A DNA stretch of 64,000 nucleotides from IMG/VR virus record IMGVR_UViG_3300029267_002476. The stretch is one strand, 5' to 3'. The notes beneath the pieces are model-generated. The model was not told the DNA's origin and ran no database searches. It saw nothing but the letters and a program-made list of their open reading frames with translations. Of this stretch, positions 8,602-16,982 are shown one piece after another. Within the stretch, counting starts at the first letter, position 1. Each line of letters opens with the position of its first letter. This DNA comes from a virus. Position numbers and translations under genes: made by a program.

Positions 8602-9654
8602 CTACTTCGTTGCCGCCTTTTTCTTGCGAACTCCGAAGCACAGATCCCTGCCAGGACATGTCTTTGGGCGTCCCTTGGACTTCATCACACACTCTGGAAG
8701 CCGCTCGGTTTCCTCTGCAAACTCTTTGAGCTTAGACTTGATCATATCAAAATGCTCGTTCAATTCCTCTGAGTCACCACTCGACACTGGAAGAGGAATC
8801 CCCTCAATCCACCCATCAAAGGCAACATCAACCGTTCCAACCTTGTCAACAATCGCTTTTCTGCGACTCAAGAGATCTTCGTTAACAGAATGATCGAACT
8901 CGACCACATGCTCTACAATGCTGGTCTTGATCCCTCGAACACCCTTGAACACGTAAACGATCCTGGCCCGACGTAGCCCAGTGGCCATCATGCCGATATG
9001 AACCTGCTCAATGTGCTTCTTACGAGGCGCACCACCAAGAAACGGATTCAGACTGTCACGCGCACTCTGATCCTCTGTCTTCACTTCCAACACTTCCAGA
9101 TCCCCATCACCCCAGTCCAGAATGCCGTCCATTTTAACGACCGTTCTAATCCCTGGGAGCCGGACCTTGGATTCGTTGAACATCCAGTCGTCCCCTTCGG
9201 GCTTGCTGGTCCACCCGCGCTCTACATCCGAATTAGGCGGGATCACCGTGTCGCACAGCGCACCTGTGCTCTCCTTTGAAAAGTATCCGTTCTTCTCTTT
9301 CTTGGTCCTGGTCCACATGCCCAGCAAACGACATCCCTTGAGCCCCTGAAGAGTCTCCTTTTGAAATGCGTCATGATAAGCGTGACCAACCGCGAAGATC
9401 CAGCTGAGTTCCGGCTTTACAATATCTTCTGGAGGAGTCATTGTCGCTGCTTGCAACGCGTACATCCTCGGACAGTCATGAGCCGTAGAGGATGCTCCCA
9501 TCCACCACTCCTCATATCTAGTCTTGCCTGATTTGAGCGACACGCACGGCTTAGGATAGCCTGCCCTGCTCGTCTTTAGTATTTCATCAACCAGCCGCGT
9601 GGAGACCGGTTTAACGGCCTCCCCCGCCTTCACTCGCGCAAACTGCCCTAGCAT
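8602..9654 (-). CDS. Cas4/RecB-like PD-(D/E)XK exonuclease with putative 4-Cys cluster
   Basis: N-terminal Cys (DCPRMYALQ), DGILDW...LEVLEVKTE nuclease motif, C-terminal C-x10-C-x5-C (ECVMKSKGRPKTCPGRDLC). Confidence 0.55.
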   Translation of the reverse strand: MLGQFARVKAGEAVKPVSTRLVDEILKTSRAGYPKPCVSLKSGKTRYEEWWMGASSTAHDCPRMYALQAATMTPPEDIVKPELSWIFAVGHAYHDAFQKETLQGLKGCRLLGMWTRTKKEKNGYFSKESTGALCDTVIPPNSDVERGWTSKPEGDDWMFNESKVRLPGIRTVVKMDGILDWGDGDLEVLEVKTEDQSARDSLNPFLGGAPRKKHIEQVHIGMMATGLRRARIVYVFKGVRGIKTSIVEHVVEFDHSVNEDLLSRRKAIVDKVGTVDVAFDGWIEGIPLPVSSGDSEELNEHFDMIKSKLKEFAEETERLPECVMKSKGRPKTCPGRDLCFGVRKKKAATK

Positions 9655-9688
9655 CTGTCAACCTTTCCAGCTCTGTCAGCCTACTCAA

Positions 9689-10039
9689 CTACTTAGACAT
9701 CTCATCGATTCGAAACGAAATATGACAAACGGAATCGTCGTCCTTAACACCCCTGTAGAATTGATTCAAGTGGCCCTTCCATTCCGGGCCAGTGGAAAAC
9801 CCATCCTTCATGACCGTCATCTTGTCACGAGAGAGTTCCCCTATCGTCGACGGACGAACCGACACGATCGTCGCCGTCGCAAACGCAACAGGGTGCCCGT
9901 TCCTCGCCATGAACTCCGTAGTAAACACCAGCTGACTACCCGGCTTATGCGGGCACTCACCAGCAGCATAACGTCTCGTTACTCCCGTTGCCGTCCCATC
10001 CATTATCCTCTGCGTTTCCACCCTTGTACAAGCAAACAT
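9689..10039 (-). CDS. hypothetical protein (possible ASCH/PUA-like fold)
   Basis: 116-aa ORF. The start lies 12 nt from palindrome copy 3 and has a GAGGAGG SD. The fold guess is weak. Confidence 0.45.
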   Translation of the reverse strand: MFACTRVETQRIMDGTATGVTRRYAAGECPHKPGSQLVFTTEFMARNGHPVAFATATIVSVRPSTIGELSRDKMTVMKDGFSTGPEWKGHLNQFYRGVKDDDSVCHISFRIDEMSK

Positions 10040-10051
10040 TGAAACCTCCTC

Positions 10052-10067
10052 GCGAACTCAAGTTCGC
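10052..10067. promoter_or_regulatory. palindrome family copy 3 (GCGAACTCAAGTTCGC)
   Basis: Perfect. Exactly 12 nt upstream of ATG 10039. A TTGACA lies 11 nt further upstream (10079-10084). Confidence 0.8.
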
Positions 10068-10172
10068 AAACTGACACCTGTCAACACGGCATCACATATG
10101 CCCAACATGCTCACCAATGAGTCACTGTAAATCCGACGATACCTAAACTGTGTTCAGTGTCAAGCTGTCGAA

Positions 10173-10565
10173 CTAGCCCTCGGTTATCTTCTTACCCACC
10201 AACTGCTCTAGCACTCTAACCGGGATCATCGCCCAATCCCTGTCACACCGGGGATCTCTTTTCCCGCCCTTGATTTCAATGGCTAACACTGGCTCTTTTT
10301 GCACAGCATCGGCCTCCGCCGTGATCTTCAGCAGCCACTCCCATTTCACAGAAAGGCTCGCGTGCATCGTTTGCTTGCACTCCACAAGGAACTCGACATC
10401 GCACTCCTTGCCCTCAAGCAAAACATCCCTGACATCTGCCTTCGAGTACATGCTCGAACCGGAACCCCGGACCCTCTTGCCCCCAAGTCGATCAGCAACG
10501 CGATCCTCTTGCATAGTAGGAGTGCTCTTGCCGTACCCCATCCCCTTGGGACCACGGAACGGCAT
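10173..10565 (-). CDS. Hjc-like PD-(D/E)XK Holliday junction resolvase/endonuclease
   Basis: QEDRVADRL...RVRGSGSS...ADV...FLVECKQT follows the archaeal Hjc pattern E...GSG...D...ExK. Confidence 0.45.
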   Translation of the reverse strand: MPFRGPKGMGYGKSTPTMQEDRVADRLGGKRVRGSGSSMYSKADVRDVLLEGKECDVEFLVECKQTMHASLSVKWEWLLKITAEADAVQKEPVLAIEIKGGKRDPRCDRDWAMIPVRVLEQLVGKKITEG

Positions 10566-11851
10566 TACTTCTCACCCACCGATTCAAACATTTTCTTGAG
10601 TAGAACAGCACGAAGACTGCGCTGTGTTTCTGGCATCTCGAACGTCGCCAGCATGGATGCTTTCTTATCGAAAACCTTGCCGCCAAGGATCCAGGTTTTC
10701 TTCTTCTTCTCGTTCACGCCCTCTTTCAGAAGGCCATACTTCTCAGCCTGAGCGAGAACGTACTTGGTATCCTCTATCTGCCCGGCCCTTGGCCCAGCAA
10801 TGCACATGACATACCCGCCTGAGATCTTCGCTGTGAATGTTTTGTTCTTCTTTGTCCTGAAATTCAAACGAACTTCCCGGCTCATATCCATCTGCCACTC
10901 GGCCTTGAGATCTGAGTCGAACTTGTCTTTACCCCACTTCGAACTCCACATTTCGAGCGTAAGAACAGGAGCAAACTTCTGACCATTCCCTCCAGGTGCA
11001 GTTTTGTTACTGCCAAACATCACCCCAATCTTCTCTCTCTCTTGGTTAATCCATATGTGTGTAGGTGCATGGCCGTAAGCCCTAAGCACATCCAGGTTCG
11101 CCGCATTGACCTTCCGGATAAACTTATTCATGATCCTCGCATGAAGCCCCTGCTGCCAATCAACAGTGGAAGCCTCGATTTCCTTAGACGGGGTCATGGC
11201 GGCAATCGAGTCCAGAATATACATGTTGACCGCGCCCGTCCTGAGCATGTCGTCGTAAATATCCGCCGCCTCCTCTGCTGACGCCGGACTCACAACAAGA
11301 ACCCTCCGAGGATCCAATCCGAGCCCTCTCGCCCAGCCCGAATCGAATGTCCCCTCGATGTCAAAGAACGCAACACGGAACTCCTCGTAGGAATTCTCCT
11401 TGTACGCCTTCAGACGAGCATTGAAATCCAGCTTGTTCTCACCAGGGAACATAACCGGATCCAGGAGACCCTCATTGAAACAGTCACAGCGCCCCACCGC
11501 GTAATACTCAACCTCACCAGTCTCTCCATCCTCGACGTACTCAACCTCTATGTCATCAACATGCCTGAAACAGTTAGCACACAGATTCTGAGCATTGCCC
11601 GCAACTCGGATAGCAGTAGTAGTTTTGCCAGAACTCTCCCCTCCCTGAAAAATAGAGGTTCGCCCGATGCAGATACCACCGCCTGTCGCAAAATCTAAAC
11701 TAAGACTACCCGTCGATATTCTCGGTATATCCTCTGGCCTGAGATGTATAGCATTGCCAATCGTTCGACCATGCTCCTCGTTGATCTTGCCCTTCAGAGC
11801 CCGTAGACCCTCCCTCAGAACATTCCTGCGCTTAGCGACCTCTTCTGCCAT
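10565..11851 (-). CDS. recA: RecA-family recombinase with a ~70-aa Cys-rich insertion
   Basis: GGESSGKTT Walker A, AFFDIEGTFD, and LVVSPASAEEAADIYDDMLRTGAVNMYILDSIAAMTP are collinear with RecA. A CxxC...CxC insert follows the P-loop helix. Confidence 0.8.
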   Translation of the reverse strand: MAEEVAKRRNVLREGLRALKGKINEEHGRTIGNAIHLRPEDIPRISTGSLSLDFATGGGICIGRTSIFQGGESSGKTTTAIRVAGNAQNLCANCFRHVDDIEVEYVEDGETGEVEYYAVGRCDCFNEGLLDPVMFPGENKLDFNARLKAYKENSYEEFRVAFFDIEGTFDSGWARGLGLDPRRVLVVSPASAEEAADIYDDMLRTGAVNMYILDSIAAMTPSKEIEASTVDWQQGLHARIMNKFIRKVNAANLDVLRAYGHAPTHIWINQEREKIGVMFGSNKTAPGGNGQKFAPVLTLEMWSSKWGKDKFDSDLKAEWQMDMSREVRLNFRTKKNKTFTAKISGGYVMCIAGPRAGQIEDTKYVLAQAEKYGLLKEGVNEKKKKTWILGGKVFDKKASMLATFEMPETQRSLRAVLLKKMFESVGEK

Positions 11852-11885
11852 TCAGTGCCCCTTCCTTTTCTTCTTTGGAGCCAAC

Positions 11886-11914
11886 ATGTTCAACCCTGCA
11901 ACAGCATTTGTCAA
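11886..11914 (-). promoter_or_regulatory. candidate promoter (ATTGACAAA -35; poor -10)
   Basis: The minus strand reads TTGACAaatgctgttgcagggttGAACAT, upstream of recA. Confidence 0.25.
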
Positions 11915-11933
11915 TGTTCATCTGGCGTATTCG

Positions 11934-12218
11934 CTAATACAATAATTCAGTCCAGCGACGACCCGTAATGGCCTCTCCGCTCCCATGACCATCAGGGGCT
12001 CCACCCCCACAGAAAACCCCACTCCCGTAGCCGTGCCCACTTATCGATCCGTACCCGTTTCGCATCTGGTAGCCCCTGCCAGACCCAAACCCGTTGCATT
12101 CACCCCAACCGTATCCACAGCCACAACCATTGTTGCACCGCTGGACATAGTCACGCCCCGGTAATCGACTTGGAAGTTCCAACCCTGGCTCATATTCACG
12201 ATGCACTCGATTTCTCAT
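11934..12218 (-). CDS. Gly/Cys/aromatic-rich small protein
   Basis: ATG at 12218 sits one nt after the upstream stop. GGTGGA SD. CNNGCGCGYGWGECNGFGSGRGYQMRNGYGSISGHGYGSGVFCGGG. Confidence 0.35.
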   Translation of the reverse strand: MRNRVHREYEPGLELPSRLPGRDYVQRCNNGCGCGYGWGECNGFGSGRGYQMRNGYGSISGHGYGSGVFCGGGAPDGHGSGEAITGRRWTELLY

Positions 12219-12219
12219 C

Positions 12220-13269
12220 TTAGAACTTCCACCCTTTCGACTTGGACACAATTTGGTCAAAATCATACCTAGCAGCACCCATGTCATACTTCATCAAATG
12301 CCTATCCCTGAATTCCTTTAGAATGGACTCAGGCTTACGCTTGCGACTCATCTCGTAACGCATCTTCGATAGCTTCTTCTGAACGAACGGCTTCCTCATG
12401 AGAATGTCACCAACGTGACTAGGCGCCCGCGTGCCGTCCTTGAGCTTGAAGTCAACGCGACCCTTTGAGTCCATAGAAGGCTCGTACTTACGTGCAACCT
12501 TATCGCTGACCCTGTCGATATAGCGAGCATCCTTTGTATTCAGATCCTCCGTGGACGTGCCCTCCCAGGCACTTAGAATCCTGCCCGCAGCCCAGACGAC
12601 ATCAAACTCAGCAGGGACCCTCCTGTCCCTATCAAGAGGGATCTGACTAGGCGGGAAATTATATGCTCTGGTTAACCCGCTAATGTTCGCGACGTAGAAT
12701 CCTCCAACAAAGACATCGCCAGGCTTCCCCTTGATGATGCTCCCGTTATAATTGGAAAACACAACGTCCTCATCCTTGATGACTGATCCCTTCCACATGT
12801 CGTAATCGACCTTGTCCACTGAAAACTTAACCTGAAAAGGAGTAGTTAGACTAGGGCAACTGTTGACAGCAAGACCAAAGCACTCTCCAAGGAAATCATC
12901 CTGGTACGTGGTTGCGGTATACTCTCGATCGCCGCTCCTGACTTTGAAATCATGGCCCTCTCTGCCGAGAACCATGGCAGCCATCTTCAGGCCCTCTCCA
13001 TGGGATCCAATAGTGCTGTCATCGCCCCGCTTCCCTGACGTCCCGATCTTGAGAAAGTCCCCCTCAGATTCAGGCACGTAATCGTTACTCAGAGTAACCG
13101 TGACAAAGTCCACCGCTGAGGGATCAGTCAGCGTGTGACTGACATCTTCACTGTGTTCCCCGTAGTCGACGAAGTTCTGATAGATCTCCCGGAGCGCCTC
13201 CTTGGCGCCCCAGTCTGGAAGATATGCCCTGCCTATCCCATACTTGATCATCCCTAGATTGCCGCTCAT
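12220..13269 (-). CDS. GHKL (Bergerat-fold, Hsp90/MutL-type) ATPase-like protein
   Basis: REIYQNFVDYGE matches the ExxxNxxD motif and GSHGEGLK the GxxGxG motif. The DxGxG motif is not obvious. Confidence 0.4.
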   Translation of the reverse strand: MSGNLGMIKYGIGRAYLPDWGAKEALREIYQNFVDYGEHSEDVSHTLTDPSAVDFVTVTLSNDYVPESEGDFLKIGTSGKRGDDSTIGSHGEGLKMAAMVLGREGHDFKVRSGDREYTATTYQDDFLGECFGLAVNSCPSLTTPFQVKFSVDKVDYDMWKGSVIKDEDVVFSNYNGSIIKGKPGDVFVGGFYVANISGLTRAYNFPPSQIPLDRDRRVPAEFDVVWAAGRILSAWEGTSTEDLNTKDARYIDRVSDKVARKYEPSMDSKGRVDFKLKDGTRAPSHVGDILMRKPFVQKKLSKMRYEMSRKRKPESILKEFRDRHLMKYDMGAARYDFDQIVSKSKGWKF

Positions 13270-13278
13270 TCTCCCCTC

Positions 13279-13593
13279 CTACTTACTGGCTGGAGAAGGG
13301 TGAATATCAATGATTCTCTCTGAGTTGGCCGATACAACGATCCTGATGATCCCATCAGACACCGAAACCTTGGCCGTCGAGACGTCGTACTTGGCATCGA
13401 CTTCAATCGCATGACTAATGCCTAGTTCAACCTCATCAGCACATGCCGTTCCCACCAGCTCGGGCTTCGCGTCCACGTACAGATTGGAAGACTCTTTGTC
13501 CGCGCTGACTTTCAATATTTTCTCATGAACGCCGGGAGCAAGAATAAGCATTTCGACGGATCCCACGGACTCTTTTTTGATGATGTTTCCCAT
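13279..13593 (-). CDS. Hsp20/alpha-crystallin-like small protein
   Basis: EMLILAPGVHEKILKVSAD...LYVDAK and AKVSVSDGIIRIVV resemble the two conserved ACD segments. 104 aa is short for the family. Confidence 0.4.
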   Translation of the reverse strand: MGNIIKKESVGSVEMLILAPGVHEKILKVSADKESSNLYVDAKPELVGTACADEVELGISHAIEVDAKYDVSTAKVSVSDGIIRIVVSANSERIIDIHPSPASK

Positions 13594-13648
13594 TAGATTG
13601 TTCCTTTTGAATAGACGACTGCGACACCTCGCCGCAAATACGCACTAT

Positions 13649-13677
13649 CTGTTACTGATTGCCTTGGATTTTGTCAA
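13649..13677 (-). promoter_or_regulatory. sigma70-like promoter (GTTGACAAA, N17, TAACAG)
   Basis: Lies in the 235-nt non-coding gap upstream of 13593. Confidence 0.45.
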
Positions 13678-13822
13678 CTGGAAATAACTAGAAAAACACC
13701 GTCCCACTTTCATGCCTGGCAGGCCCGGTGCCTCCTCGCCAGATCCGACGCAGCCACAAGCGCCGGTAGAGAGGTTCTAGGGTAACCTCCCACATGATTC
13801 ACGTCGATTAACAGGATTCGAC

Positions 13823-13838
13823 GCGAACTTAAGTTCGT
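13823..13838. promoter_or_regulatory. palindrome family copy 4 (GCGAACTTAAGTTCGT, 15/16)
   Basis: Contains the TAA stop (13829-13831) of the upstream gene. Confidence 0.75.
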
Positions 13839-14389
13839 TTTTCAGGATTGCGGATAATGTCCGCTTCTTCGCCTATCCTAACACCAATCTCCTCAGAGAG
13901 TTCATGTATAGTTTGCTCGATTGAATCTTTGTCGCCCACGTGCCTCGACAGCGCCACGTCGACCTTGAAGCTATCCATCCCCTCACCCTTGATGGTAAGG
14001 CCGTACTCAAGCCACACAGACCGCTTCACGCCAAACCCGTCCAGCTTCGGAAACGGCTTCTTAATGACGTCTTGCCCTCTGACCGACGCCTCCTCTCTGT
14101 CGAGGACATGCTTGACCCCCTCGATCATCATGGCATGGGCAAGATGTCGCTCGTCCGAGTTCGGGTTGTGCAACCCGATCCTTATGCCCATGTTGACTCT
14201 CGAAAACTCAAAATTACCAAGTGAAATAGTCCGACCCATCGACACGACGAGATCGTCCGTGTCCTCAGCAGTCTGCTCAACCGGTTTACCGGCATCGTAC
14301 ACGTATTCTTTCACCAACTTCTGATTGCCTCCTCGGTTCGTCACTGTGACCAGTGTCGAATCCTTGCCGTCAACTATTCTCGTCTTCAT
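13829..14389 (-). CDS. hypothetical protein
   Basis: 186-aa ORF. No motif recognised. Confidence 0.5.
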   Translation of the reverse strand: MKTRIVDGKDSTLVTVTNRGGNQKLVKEYVYDAGKPVEQTAEDTDDLVVSMGRTISLGNFEFSRVNMGIRIGLHNPNSDERHLAHAMMIEGVKHVLDREEASVRGQDVIKKPFPKLDGFGVKRSVWLEYGLTIKGEGMDSFKVDVALSRHVGDKDSIEQTIHELSEEIGVRIGEEADIIRNPEKRT

Positions 14390-14927
14390 TTTTCAACTCC
14401 GCCTCGTAAACCCCAAGCTCTCTCCACGCCTCCTCTATTTCGGATTTGAACGTGCTATCGGAACTCGCGACTTTACCCCTTCTTGCAACTGCAACCTTCA
14501 CCGCTAGTATCATGCCATCGGTGTATAACCGATCCCCGCGAGAAGACCGGATAGGCGTCTCGGGAAAAACTCCGATACGCGTCCAATAATTAATCGTATC
14601 CACAGATCTCAGTATCATTCGAGCCGCTATCGTAACGGTGTAGGCTGTCAGCTTCTCGCCGCCCACGATCACCGTCTCAGGCTTTCTAGGAGCGGATCTA
14701 TTAGCTGGGACTATCTCGCCTGACTCAATCTTTCTCCTGCGCTCCTCTTTGCGTCGGATTCGGGCACGCTGGGCAGCTTCCTTGGCCCTCTGACGATATT
14801 CCGGATCTTCCTCATAGCGGCGCTTCTTTGCCGCAGAAAGCTCGTCTCTGCGCTCTTTGTAATAGGCTTGCAAATACTCGCTTCTATCTCGTTTTTCAGG
14901 TTCCTCTCCTTTTGATCCGCTCGCCAT
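14370..14927 (-). CDS. possible MerR/excisionase-type HTH protein with Arg/Glu-rich N-terminus
   Basis: YTVTIAARMILRSVDTINYWTRIGVFPETPIRSSRGDRLYT resembles a MerR-like HTH. Confidence 0.35.
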   Translation of the reverse strand: MASGSKGEEPEKRDRSEYLQAYYKERRDELSAAKKRRYEEDPEYRQRAKEAAQRARIRRKEERRRKIESGEIVPANRSAPRKPETVIVGGEKLTAYTVTIAARMILRSVDTINYWTRIGVFPETPIRSSRGDRLYTDGMILAVKVAVARRGKVASSDSTFKSEIEEAWRELGVYEAELKNEDENS

Positions 14928-14937
14928 GCGTCCTCCG

Positions 14938-16473
14938 TTATTTCATAGCGCCGTTCTTCTTGTAAAAACTCTGACGCCTTATCCACTTGCGCTTCAGCTG
15001 GGGAATGTTCTCATCGATAACATCGACGACTATCGGGTCTGGCTTACCCTTGCACTTCCCCGCTCTCCAGGCACACAACCGCTCGCATTTCCCCTCTTCA
15101 GGAAAGCACCATCGCTGGACCCTCCCGACGAGCTGGACGATGTCACTAATCGGAGTTGCCATAACCAGCACATCCGACGCGGTAACATCGAGACCTTCGC
15201 TCATCATTTGAGATGTGCAGAAGATCACGTTTGCACGCTCGGCCACCTTAAGCTCAGCCTCCGTCCTGGTCTTCATTTTGAAATCACCCCTTTTGTGCCC
15301 TTTGCCACTCTTTTCCCATCGCTCGCTCGTGAACCACTGGCCAGTGTAATAATCGACCCTTGGATCAAACGGGAGCTTCATATCGAACAACGCGCTTATC
15401 AGATCCCTCGACATCTTCCTCAGATGCTCTAAGCGCTCACTCACTACCAGGATCTTCCTGCCAGCAGCTACGCCCTTCACAATATCGTCAACAATCTGTC
15501 GACTCCGGAATTCGTCCGCAGCAATCTGATTGATAACCTGAGCACTGTTCAGGTTGTCTGTACTCACGCGATAATTGCCTCTAACAATTGGCTTCAACTT
15601 CGTCGGGGTAATCACCCTCCGGAGCTTTGGCATCATCATTTTCGACTTGGCAGAATATGTAACCTTGGAGATGTTCATAAAGAAGACATCCTCAGCGCCG
15701 TCCTTGCGCCTCGGAGTCGCCGTTAAGCCAAGTCTGTACGCAGAGGTGAAACTAGGGATAATGGACGCCCACGACCCCGCTCCAACCCTGTGTGTTTCGT
15801 CAGAGATGACGAGTCCAAACGACCTCCACATTGCATCAGGATACTTCTTCCCGTCCATGCCCCTCGACAGTGATTGAAGCATTCCAATTACAAAATCCGG
15901 CTCCTGACCGGTCGCCTCTATCTGATCATATTCACACTTGTTCTGGCGTATCAGCCCGATCCTAACGCCGGGAAGCTGCCACTCTAGGCGCTCCCTCCAC
16001 TGTCGCAAAAGGAACTCTTTGTGAACCAAAATCAGTGTTTTTCTACCTACTCGCCTGGCGAATTCAATGGCCAAGATCGTCTTGCCGAAGCCGGGTGCTC
16101 CGCGCAGCAGGACACCACCCCAGCGCTTGCCCTCCAGTTCGGACATCAACGCCGAGATGGCCGTCTCCTGCTCCACGTATGGCCCTGTAGCACTGAATCG
16201 GGTCTTGAGATCCCGCATCTTCTTGCCGTAGGACACATTCACAATCTCGTCATGCTCGGAGCTTTTCCGAGCAAGGTAATACCCCCTCGGAACGCCGATC
16301 ATCCCTCGATCATCATCGTCCCTGAACATGAATATGGGATCGGGATCTTCAGCCCCGTCAATATCGGTGGTTTTTCTTGGTACAATAGTAAGCTCTCGCC
16401 GAATGTTCTCTAGATTGCGAGACGTCAAGTCTCCCGTTTTCATCCACACTAATCCGTCAACAACTACTTCCAT
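14938..16473 (-). CDS. superfamily-2 DEAD/DEAH-box (DEXH) helicase
   Basis: Motif I GAPGFGKT, motif II VISDETH, motif III GLTATP. C-terminal Cys cluster RWCFPEEGKCERLCAWRAGKC. Confidence 0.8.
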   Translation of the reverse strand: MEVVVDGLVWMKTGDLTSRNLENIRRELTIVPRKTTDIDGAEDPDPIFMFRDDDDRGMIGVPRGYYLARKSSEHDEIVNVSYGKKMRDLKTRFSATGPYVEQETAISALMSELEGKRWGGVLLRGAPGFGKTILAIEFARRVGRKTLILVHKEFLLRQWRERLEWQLPGVRIGLIRQNKCEYDQIEATGQEPDFVIGMLQSLSRGMDGKKYPDAMWRSFGLVISDETHRVGAGSWASIIPSFTSAYRLGLTATPRRKDGAEDVFFMNISKVTYSAKSKMMMPKLRRVITPTKLKPIVRGNYRVSTDNLNSAQVINQIAADEFRSRQIVDDIVKGVAAGRKILVVSERLEHLRKMSRDLISALFDMKLPFDPRVDYYTGQWFTSERWEKSGKGHKRGDFKMKTRTEAELKVAERANVIFCTSQMMSEGLDVTASDVLVMATPISDIVQLVGRVQRWCFPEEGKCERLCAWRAGKCKGKPDPIVVDVIDENIPQLKRKWIRRQSFYKKNGAMK

Positions 16474-16496
16474 CTCGCACTCCAGTCATTCAGCAA

Positions 16497-16982
16497 TCAG
16501 CTTTCTAGCTTGTCTATCTCAGCCTGTCGCTCTACATGGTGTTTCTTACACAGCCAATTTACATCCAACGGACGTGAGTAATCTTCATGATGCGCTTCGG
16601 CAACTGCCTCACCACACTTCTCACAAGGCTGCTTGGTCAACTTGCCAGATCGAATAGCATTGTATACAATGTTCCTAGCACGGACCCTCTCTGGATAACG
16701 CTCTCGCTGCTCCTTAACCTTATCAGGGTTATTCTCGCGCCATTCCTTTAAAACCCGCTTAGCCTTCTCCTTGCGGTGAGGCAACTTTGCCCTCTGGACA
16801 TCATAATCGCGAATCTTTTCGAGGTTCTCTTCACGGTGCTTAGCGACATCTTTTTTCGTACAAACTTTGCACTTGTTCAAATACCCATCAAGCATCGCCC
16901 TATGCCTATAGAACTCAGCCAACAATTTGACCTCGCCGCACTTGAAGCACGCCTTGGCTCTGGTTGCATCGTCGCCCATCAA
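16497..16982 (-). CDS. HNH endonuclease
   Basis: CEKCGEAVAEAHHEDYSRPLDVNWLCKKHH plus N-terminal CFKCG...CKVC zinc-like pairs. Free-standing between the helicase and SSB genes. Confidence 0.65.
   Translation of the reverse strand: MMGDDATRAKACFKCGEVKLLAEFYRHRAMLDGYLNKCKVCTKKDVAKHREENLEKIRDYDVQRAKLPHRKEKAKRVLKEWRENNPDKVKEQRERYPERVRARNIVYNAIRSGKLTKQPCEKCGEAVAEAHHEDYSRPLDVNWLCKKHHVERQAEIDKLES

Noticed and set aside
8210-8893. 227-aa plus-strand ORF
   Set aside because: It is antisense to the LexA-like and Cas4-like genes, whose motifs are convincing. I judged it a shadow ORF.
9656-9661. TTGACA hexamer immediately upstream of ATG 9654
   Set aside because: It is too close to the start codon to serve that gene, and the implied -10 would be inside the coding region.
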